From positions 7,918-71,917 of the forward strand of contig JBEKMW010000007.1 of the NCBI GenBank assembly GCA_049523455.1: a DNA stretch of 64,000 nt, read 5' to 3'. The notes beneath the pieces are model-generated. The model had not been told where the DNA came from and made no database searches. It was given only the letters and a program-made list of their open reading frames with translations. Shown here piece after piece: positions 8,835 through 16,181 of the stretch. This DNA comes from Verrucomicrobiota bacterium. GTDB lineage: Bacteria; Verrucomicrobiota; Verrucomicrobiia; Limisphaerales; UBA11358. The translations under genes were made by a program, and so were the position numbers. The stretch's first letter is position 1; each line of letters opens with the position of its first letter.

Positions 8835-9380
8835 ATGAGTGCCTTGTCCGTTCATCCAGCGCTGCCCCGGGCCAGCGGCAATTCCTGCCATTTGGTGGTA
8901 CTGTCCGAAGACCCGCTTTCGCAGGAATCGGTCATGGCGGCGTGCGGAAGATTACTGGCTTTATTCGAGAACGAAGTGGCGTTTGCCTTCAGTTTTTATG
9001 GCTTGGCCGATTTGAACAATCGCGCCTTGGCGCCGTGGGTGGCCCAAGCGGTGGCCGCCGCGGACATCCTGGTGCTTTCCTTGCGGGACAATGTTTTGAG
9101 CCCCGGGGTCATGAAATGGCTGGAATCCTGCGTGCCATTGCGAGTGAAAGCCGAAGGGGCATTGGCGGTGACGGTGGCCAATCCCACGGGTTCGGTTCGG
9201 GCTGTCGAAGCACTTTGGTGGCAGATGCAGAGGATGGCCGATCAGTTGGGCATGGACTTTTTGCCGCTGTTACCCCCGCAGGTCAACAACCTGAGTGAAC
9301 TGCCCGCGCAACCGTTTCCCGAACTGCTGGCTCAAGATGAGATTGACGTGGGCCATGATCACTGGGGCTTGAACGAGTAG
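8835..9380 (+). CDS. Hypothetical protein
   Basis: 181-aa ORF with coding-like composition. I recognise no motif. Confidence 0.5.
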   Translation: MSALSVHPALPRASGNSCHLVVLSEDPLSQESVMAACGRLLALFENEVAFAFSFYGLADLNNRALAPWVAQAVAAADILVLSLRDNVLSPGVMKWLESCVPLRVKAEGALAVTVANPTGSVRAVEALWWQMQRMADQLGMDFLPLLPPQVNNLSELPAQPFPELLAQDEIDVGHDHWGLNE

Positions 9381-9586
9381 CGGGCGATTTTTGCTTTCTA
9401 CTGGGCCGCGACCAAGCTGGTTTCCCGTCCCCTGCGGCTGCTCGGGTTGGGCGTGAGCAGTTTGCGTGAACCCAGCGGCTGGCAACTCGCCCTGCGCTGA
9501 AGCGCCAGAGTGCCCTCGTCCATGACCGTGGGTTTGGCCGGCACACGATCGTGATCCGACGTAACCATCGGATAGATTTGGTCTAT

Positions 9587-11986
9587 CTAATAGACCTGTC
9601 CCGGCTGGCCCTGTATCTGCGCCCGGTAGAAACGCGTTTGCGATACCGGCGACGAGTCGGAGAAGTGCAGCAATCCGGAGCCATCGGGCACCGCGCTGCC
9701 GGCCGAGGTAAGAGTTGTCCACGGACCGGTGATGGTGGAGGCCGTTTGCAGGATATAAGGCTGGCACGGAAGTCCCCCAAGCTGGAGCTGCACCGTTCCG
9801 TTGGTAAGCGCGACGGAGGCAGCGGGGTTGAGAAACGGTTCGCCGTTGGCGGGGAACCACTCGCCGCCTTGGGCCAGCACGGGATAAACGGCTGCCGGGA
9901 AAACCTCGGTCTCTTCAACGGTAAACTCACCCCATTGGCTGTTCCCCACGTCGTCAATCCATTTGCGCTCGCGCGGCAGTCCGTTGGCAGGCGGCACCTG
10001 ATGGTTCGCCGTGGCGGTTTGACCGTTCGCGCCCGGCCCGTACACGGTTATGCCCGGCACGGGACCGCCCACGCCCAGAACGTATTCGGCATACGCGGAT
10101 TCCTGGTGCTCGGGATTATGCGTCCGCTCGAAGCCGATGCCCGTCATGTAACACTTGCCCATCGGGTTAAGCCCTTGATTGTAGTCCATTAACTGGCTCG
10201 CCGTGTCAATGTATTGCTGCTGCCCCGTCAATGCCCACTCCATCAGACACGTATGGGCGAATTGCGGCCCGTCCGTGAAATACCCCTGGGTGAAATTGTA
10301 CGACGTGGGGTTGACATTCGTTGGCCAGCCACTGGGGTAGGCTGCGTTGGTGGTCCAGGCAACCTGATTATCCGCGGCCGCTTTCAGTTGCGTCTTTAAA
10401 TAAGCCACCACGGTGGGGTCGGTGGCACGGTTGGTCGCCAGAATATAGGACATGAAGAATCCCGGCAGCCAGGCAGTGCCGTCGGTCAGAAACCCTCCCG
10501 CCTGCTTATTATAGGAGCCGGGAAATCCGCTGGTGGCGGTGTACAGAGATTCAATCGTATTGCTCGCCGTCACGTCCCCGGTCAGCAAATACTTTTGGAT
10601 GGCATAGTACAGCTTGTGCGTGGTCTTCATATTGGACAGCGTGCTGGCGTAATTGTAGGCGGCGTCTCCGCGCGCCTGCAGGCTCGCGCTCAGCGTGGCG
10701 TTGTACGGTTGGATGAGCCGCGCCATGTGCATGAACACCCCGGCCGCCAAGCCGCAAGAGTTGACGTCGTTGGTTTCTGTGCCCCACAGCAAGGTATCCT
10801 GATCGTAATTGATTCCCCATGCGGGATAGCCCGCGGCATTTTCCCCCCAAGCGACCGCCCCGGACGGTTCCCTGGGCGTGCTTTGCAGATTGGTCCACAG
10901 CATCGTGCCCCACCAAGCCTCGTCGAGAATGTCCGGAATTCCGTTGCCGGATCCGATAATGTTGAAATTCGTGTCGAACATGTCCGGTATGTTGAATTGG
11001 CTGTCTGTGAACACGTTGGGAAAGACCTCATAGGTCGTCAGCAGCACCACGGGTATCATCAGGTGGTAACCGCGGCGGTCGGCATCCCCGGCATCGTGGT
11101 AACCGCCGTGGACATTGAGTTCGGGCTGAGTCGTTTGGACCGTGCCACCGGGAAACGTGTCCGGAGCGCTCGGTCCCTCGCTGTCGTATATATTGGTATG
11201 ACAGGGAGAGGGCCGGATATTTGCCCACGCATACGGCTGGATAAGAGAAATGCCGCACCGATTATAAGACAATGCCCGGAACGCAACATACCCCAGGCGG
11301 CGCGAAAAATTGCCCCCCACCCCAAACGGATACGAGCAGCCATACCCGCTCACCGAAATCTTGTAGGGCCCCCCTTCGGGCACTCCCGACAGGTCCATGC
11401 GGTACACATAATCGCCCGATGAAGAGTCCTTGCCCGTGCCAATCGGTTGCAGTGTTCCCGAAGCCACCTGTGCGCCGGTGAATTGCTGGAACACCTTGTA
11501 GGTCGGCATTGGTCCGCTGATCTGTTGGGGCCCGCCATCGCCCAGCCAGATGTCCAGGTTGGCGTAGCGCACGTGCGACAAAGCGCTGTACCCGTTCTGA
11601 TTGACCTTGATGGACTCGCAGAGGATTTTCGTGTCGTCAAAAACAAAATTCGTCGTCCCATAGGGCGTCGCCAGCGTATAGCTCATGCCGTTGGTCATCG
11701 GCGGCACCTGCAGGTAGATGTGGTAATCCACGGCGTTGGCCTCGGTCACGAACCGGCTGGCGGCCGTCACCGCCGTGCCGTTGAGCGTCCACAAGGACAG
11801 GTTGGTGATCATCACTTGGTTGGTGTTCCAGGACTCGTCATAGACCGGCCCGGTCCAATAGGCGTCCTTGAAAAAGGCCACCAGGACGGTGGGCGAGGCC
11901 GTGCGGACCTCCTGAAAGGAAATCTGTTGTGCGCTCGTCGCCACGCAGCCGCAGAACAGGCCAATGAGCAGGAAGGGGTGTTTCAT
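9587..11986 (-). CDS. Secreted glycoside hydrolase family 9-like enzyme with a C-terminal beta-sandwich tail
   Basis: Signal peptide MKHPFLLIGLFCGCVATSAQ. GH9-type HGGYHDAGDADRRGYH plus GIPDILDEAWWGTMLW are present. C-terminal tail ends ...SQTRFYRAQIQ. Confidence 0.65.
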   Translation of the reverse strand: MKHPFLLIGLFCGCVATSAQQISFQEVRTASPTVLVAFFKDAYWTGPVYDESWNTNQVMITNLSLWTLNGTAVTAASRFVTEANAVDYHIYLQVPPMTNGMSYTLATPYGTTNFVFDDTKILCESIKVNQNGYSALSHVRYANLDIWLGDGGPQQISGPMPTYKVFQQFTGAQVASGTLQPIGTGKDSSSGDYVYRMDLSGVPEGGPYKISVSGYGCSYPFGVGGNFSRRLGYVAFRALSYNRCGISLIQPYAWANIRPSPCHTNIYDSEGPSAPDTFPGGTVQTTQPELNVHGGYHDAGDADRRGYHLMIPVVLLTTYEVFPNVFTDSQFNIPDMFDTNFNIIGSGNGIPDILDEAWWGTMLWTNLQSTPREPSGAVAWGENAAGYPAWGINYDQDTLLWGTETNDVNSCGLAAGVFMHMARLIQPYNATLSASLQARGDAAYNYASTLSNMKTTHKLYYAIQKYLLTGDVTASNTIESLYTATSGFPGSYNKQAGGFLTDGTAWLPGFFMSYILATNRATDPTVVAYLKTQLKAAADNQVAWTTNAAYPSGWPTNVNPTSYNFTQGYFTDGPQFAHTCLMEWALTGQQQYIDTASQLMDYNQGLNPMGKCYMTGIGFERTHNPEHQESAYAEYVLGVGGPVPGITVYGPGANGQTATANHQVPPANGLPRERKWIDDVGNSQWGEFTVEETEVFPAAVYPVLAQGGEWFPANGEPFLNPAASVALTNGTVQLQLGGLPCQPYILQTASTITGPWTTLTSAGSAVPDGSGLLHFSDSSPVSQTRFYRAQIQGQPGQVY

Positions 11987-12108
11987 AATGGAAAAACGCG
12001 TACAATGGTGAATGCAGGTACTGCAAAATCTTTTCGCATAATCCCGGGTGTGTCAAGCGGCATTCTTAATTTTCTGCTTTTTTAGGTGACTTTTCAGCAG
12101 TAATCCGC

Positions 12109-13632
12109 ATGAATAATGGAAACTCGGATTCGTTTACTGAAAATATGCAAAAACTGCTTCCTCTGCTGGTTACTGGTGTTCTGGGCATCTGTTGGCTGAA
12201 CGGCTCGCCGGCTTTCGGTGCGGACGCCATGAATTATCGGACGGACCAAATCCTCATTCGCTCCAAAGCCGGCGTCAGCGGCGCCGCGCTGGCCGCATGG
12301 CATGCCGCACACGGAGCACGGGTGGCGAAGTCCTTTGTTTCGGTCGGCGGTTTGCAGGCGGTCACCGTGCCGCCGGGGGATACCGTCCCCGGCCTCATTG
12401 CCAAATATCAACAGAGCGGCCTGGTCGAGTTCGCCGAACCGGATTATCTCGTCTATCCCAACGCCACGCTCCCGAACGATCCGGCCTTCACCAATGGAAT
12501 ATTATGGGGCCTCGACAATTATGGCCAGAACGGCGGCACGCCCCATGCCGATATTGATGCCATTGACGGCTGGGACGTGCTGACCTCGGCCAGCAACATC
12601 GTCGTGGCGGTGCTCGATTCGGGCATCCTCGCCACGCACGAGGATTTGGCGGCGAACATGTGGGTCAACCCCAACGACGGCGGCAATGGATACAATGCCT
12701 TCACCGGCACAAACGATCCGAGTGATGACTCCACCAGCCACGGAACCATGGTGGCCGGGGTATTGGGCGCCGTGGGCAACAATGGCATAGGCGTGACCGG
12801 CGTGGCTTGGCGCGTGCAGATGATGGCTTGCAAATGTCTCAACAACGGCTCCGGCAGCGACTCAACCGTAATCGCCTGCATTGATTATGCCATTACCAAT
12901 GGAGCCCGGATCATCAATGCCAGCTTCAACAGTCCAACGCCTTCCCTGGCGCTTTCCAACGCCATCGTGTCCGTCGCCAACGCCGGCATTATCTGGGTGG
13001 CGTCCGCCGGCGACAACAGCTACAACGTCGAGGTCAATCCCAGTTATCCCGCCTGCTATGGCATCCCCAATGTCGTCGCCGTGGCTTACACCACCCGCAC
13101 CGATGCTCTCGGCAGCGCCTCTGATTACGGTCCCATCCACGTCGCGCTGGGTGCGCCGGGGGATCAGATTTACACCACCTATGCCGCGTCCGACTCGTCT
13201 TATTTCCCGCCCCTCGGCATTAACTATAATATTGCCGGTACTTCCTTCTCTGCGGCCTACGTTTCCGGCGCGCTGGCCCTCATGCTGGCCAAGTATCCCA
13301 CCGAAAATTACCAGCAGATCATCCAGCGGTTGTTGAATGCCACGGATCCGTTGCCGTCGCTGGCGGGCAAGTGCGTCACGGGCGGCCGCCTCAACCTGAA
13401 GAAGGCCTTAAACCCGCCCATCTGGCTCTACCCCGTGGCCACGACCAATTCCGCATTGTTTCAATTGCACCTTTCCACCGGCGCGAACCGCCTGTGCGTC
13501 ATCCAGGCCTCCGCCGACTTGCTGAATTGGACCCCGGTCTATACCAACACCACCTCCACCAACGGCACGTTTGACTACACCAACGCCCTCGTTTCGCCCG
13601 GCCAGTTCTTCCGCGCAACCACGACACTTTAA
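12109..13632 (+). CDS. Secreted S8-family (subtilisin-like) serine peptidase
   Basis: Catalytic triad contexts VAVLDSGI, HGTMVAGVLGAVGNNGIGVTG and GTSFSAAYVSGALALM. C-terminal tail ends ...SPGQFFRATTTL. The start may be ATG 12145. Confidence 0.9.
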   Translation: MNNGNSDSFTENMQKLLPLLVTGVLGICWLNGSPAFGADAMNYRTDQILIRSKAGVSGAALAAWHAAHGARVAKSFVSVGGLQAVTVPPGDTVPGLIAKYQQSGLVEFAEPDYLVYPNATLPNDPAFTNGILWGLDNYGQNGGTPHADIDAIDGWDVLTSASNIVVAVLDSGILATHEDLAANMWVNPNDGGNGYNAFTGTNDPSDDSTSHGTMVAGVLGAVGNNGIGVTGVAWRVQMMACKCLNNGSGSDSTVIACIDYAITNGARIINASFNSPTPSLALSNAIVSVANAGIIWVASAGDNSYNVEVNPSYPACYGIPNVVAVAYTTRTDALGSASDYGPIHVALGAPGDQIYTTYAASDSSYFPPLGINYNIAGTSFSAAYVSGALALMLAKYPTENYQQIIQRLLNATDPLPSLAGKCVTGGRLNLKKALNPPIWLYPVATTNSALFQLHLSTGANRLCVIQASADLLNWTPVYTNTTSTNGTFDYTNALVSPGQFFRATTTL

Positions 13633-13678
13633 GCCGCATTCGCCAAAAGAGCGCGGATTGTCCTCAATCCGCAGCCCT

Positions 13679-13895
13679 GAAGAATTCGCGCATCAAACCC
13701 CTGAACCTGCCGATGCCACACGACCTTCCGAATATGAATGCTGCCCGGTTGCTTTCCCCTCTCCGCTCCCATCGGATGGGAGGGGAGAGGGTCAGGGTGA
13801 GGTGAGGGTTCTGGCTTCGTTGGCTGTCGGCTATTGGCTATTGGCTATTGGATTTCGAATGTTCCCCGGTTCATGGAGAGGGCCGGGGTGAGGGG
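13679..13895. repeat. Composite REP-1 element (reference copy for the cas4 insertion)
   Basis: gaagaattcgcgcatcaaac..gaacctgccgatgcc..ccgaatatgaatg..REP-1 hairpin..ggctatt heptamers..ccggttcatggagagggccggggtgagggg. Confidence 0.8.
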
Positions 13896-14230
13896 CTCAT
13901 TCACTATTTCATTGGATGTCGGATGTTCCCCGGGGGCCATGGCTTCGGATCGCACGCTGAGGAGGCCGGAACTTTTGGACTGCGCCGGCAAAGCGAAGCG
14001 GCGACGGCGCTTTCGGATGTCGGGGGCTCATGGATCGGCGCAACCGCGTTGGGCCGCAGTGCCCCCTGAAACATTTCTCCTTTCTGCTTTGTTCTCCGAC
14101 CTCTGACCTCCGACCTCAGCATGTCAGCATGTCAGCGTTTCAGCTTTTTAAACGCCCGTGGTCCTCAGTCTCGTGGTCTGCGGTCTCGTTGTCAGTAGTC
14201 TCGTGGTCTGTGGTCTGTGGTCTGCAGTGC
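13873..14230 (+). repeat. ~355-bp dispersed composite element, copy 1
   Basis: Near-identical to 18819-19167. From atggagagggccggggtgaggggctc... through ...gacctctgacctccgacctcagcatgtcagcatgtcagcg...gtggtctgtggtctgcagtgc. Confidence 0.9.
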
Positions 14231-14283
14231 GCGCTGCTTCGCAGCGCGGCCTGATACCCCGCTTTGCGCCACGCCTCGCTTCG

Positions 14284-14823
14284 TCATTTCACCGCTGATT
14301 CCGCCGGCACTTCCCTGACCTCCTCTTCCAGGTAGCGCTCAATGTGGCGGTCCAAATCAGACGCGCTGCCGGCGCAGGTCGCCGCCTGCACGCGCTCCAG
14401 CATCTCCGCGGCCCAGTCTTCCTCCTCGACCTGTTCGGCGATGAACCAATGCATGAGCACTTGCGCCGGATAATCCCTGGCGGCCACCGCCGCCTCATAG
14501 ACGGCGTTGATCCCCTGTGTGTTGGCGTGTTCCTGCGCGTGCGCCTGCTGCGCCACTTCCAGCAACGACCGGAATTCCTGTTTGGGCGCGGGCAGCGCCG
14601 CCACTTCCGCGCTCACCCCGCGGTCGGTCAGGTGTTTGATGATCTTCTCGGCGTGTCCGCGCTCCTCACCCGCCTGCTTCACGAAGTATTTGCCGAAACC
14701 CTTGAGGTTCCTGATGTCGCACCAGATGGACAACGCCAGGTACGAGTGCGCGGCGGCGAGTTCCAGGTTGAACTGGCGGTTGAGTTCCTCGACCACCTTG
14801 GCGGCGATTTTCGATTTAGACAT
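14284..14823 (-). CDS. Ferritin-like iron storage protein
   Basis: VEELNRQFNLELAAAHSYLALSIWCD...QAGEERGHAEKIIKHLTDRG...QEHANTQGINAVYE are the ferritin di-iron helices. Start chosen at ATG 14823. Confidence 0.85.
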   Translation of the reverse strand: MSKSKIAAKVVEELNRQFNLELAAAHSYLALSIWCDIRNLKGFGKYFVKQAGEERGHAEKIIKHLTDRGVSAEVAALPAPKQEFRSLLEVAQQAHAQEHANTQGINAVYEAAVAARDYPAQVLMHWFIAEQVEEEDWAAEMLERVQAATCAGSASDLDRHIERYLEEEVREVPAESAVK

Positions 14824-14869
14824 AATGATGCCAATGGTAAGCAACCCGGGCCGGTTTGCCAAGCGGTGG

Positions 14870-14978
14870 ATAGTGTTTTAATCTGTTTTCGGAGCGCGGG
14901 TCTGCGACCCGCAGCGGCTTGGATTGCATGGGGATGTGCTGCGGCTCATAGAGCCGCGCTCCTGAATTTAGGACACTA
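14870..14978 (-). mobile_element. 109-bp MITE-like element, copy 1
   Basis: The 93-nt core 14884-14976 is the reverse complement of 60229-60321 with 1 mismatch. Ends are tagtgt.../...acacta. Flanked by ccaagcggtgg (14859-14869) and ccaagcggcgg (14979-14989). Confidence 0.7.
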
Positions 14979-14995
14979 CCAAGCGGCGGCACGGC

Positions 14996-15979
14996 CTATT
15001 TTTGCGTGGGCGCCTTCAACGGGTACAGACCGGGGCAGCACCCCATGGTCTGGCAAAATGCCTGGCTGAAATGGCTCAAACTCGAATAGCCAACTTCCAG
15101 CGCCGCCTCCGTCACGTTGTACTTGCCGCTGCGCAGCAATTCGGCGGCCCGCTCCATGCGGGTTTTTCGCAGATACTGCGGTATCGTCATGCCCATCTCG
15201 CGCGAAAACGTCCGGCTCAAATGATACGGGCTGCAACCCACTTCCCGCCCAATCTCATCCAGGCTCGGCGGTTCGGCGGGATGTTCGCGCAACAGGGTCA
15301 CCACCCGCTCCACCCGCTCCCGCGCCAGCCGTTTGTGCCGGTCGCAAAACAATTCATCCGCGCCCCGCTGTCCGAAGAAGAAATCCGCCATCAATTGCAA
15401 CACCTTGCCCTGGTACCACAGCCGGCGCGCTCCCTGGTACGCCGGCGGCTGCAGCAGTTGGAGCACCCACCGCTCCTGGTCGGCAGTGAACGGCCGGACC
15501 TCGCCCACGCCCGCCCGGCACGACCCGTCCAGGACGAACCTTTCCACCAGCGGATGCAGCGCGCCGTCGCAGGCCAGCAAGTGCTCGCGCAAAAATCGCC
15601 GGGAGAATTCGACGGTGATGAACCGATGGTGCTGCCCCGGCTTCCGCCAGGCCCGCAATTCGTTCCGCCCGGGCAGGTAAAATCCGGCCGTCAATGGTGC
15701 GAATTCCACGTGCTGGACCGTCCAGTTGACAAAACCCTCGCCCACCAGATTCAGGCACAGCTCCAAGCTGCCCGGATGGAAACTACGCGACCACGCGAAC
15801 GCCGCGGCCGGTTCAAAATCGTGCGCTTCCACGCTCACACCCTGCTCGTAAAATCCACCATAGAGTTGCCGCCAACCCTCGCCAAACTCCCGCCACGCCG
15901 GCCGCTCCGTGAACGCTGGCGCCGCTTGGATACGATCCGGCTCCGCTATCGCCGCGGCTCGTTTTGCGCTAATTGACAT
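14996..15979 (-). CDS. AraC-family transcriptional regulator
   Basis: C-terminal HTH PSLDEIGREVGCSPYHLSRTFSREMGMTIPQYLRKTRMERAAELLRSGKYNVTEAALEVGYSSLSHFSQAF. Start chosen at ATG 15979. Confidence 0.85.
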   Translation of the reverse strand: MSISAKRAAAIAEPDRIQAAPAFTERPAWREFGEGWRQLYGGFYEQGVSVEAHDFEPAAAFAWSRSFHPGSLELCLNLVGEGFVNWTVQHVEFAPLTAGFYLPGRNELRAWRKPGQHHRFITVEFSRRFLREHLLACDGALHPLVERFVLDGSCRAGVGEVRPFTADQERWVLQLLQPPAYQGARRLWYQGKVLQLMADFFFGQRGADELFCDRHKRLARERVERVVTLLREHPAEPPSLDEIGREVGCSPYHLSRTFSREMGMTIPQYLRKTRMERAAELLRSGKYNVTEAALEVGYSSLSHFSQAFCQTMGCCPGLYPLKAPTQK

Positions 15980-16181
15980 CACCCCTAGTGTGTCACGTTC
16001 CCGGGAACTGGCAACTATCTTGTTGCCGCCAAGGCAAGAAATGGTTGGCACGCGCGCCCGTGCAGCACGCGCTCCCGGCGCGCGGCCTTTCAGGCCGCTT
16101 CCGTGTCCGAGCGGGAATCAACAAACGATTGGGCTGTGGGCTCTCGAACGATGAAGCGGCGTTAAACGCCGCGCTCCAGGC

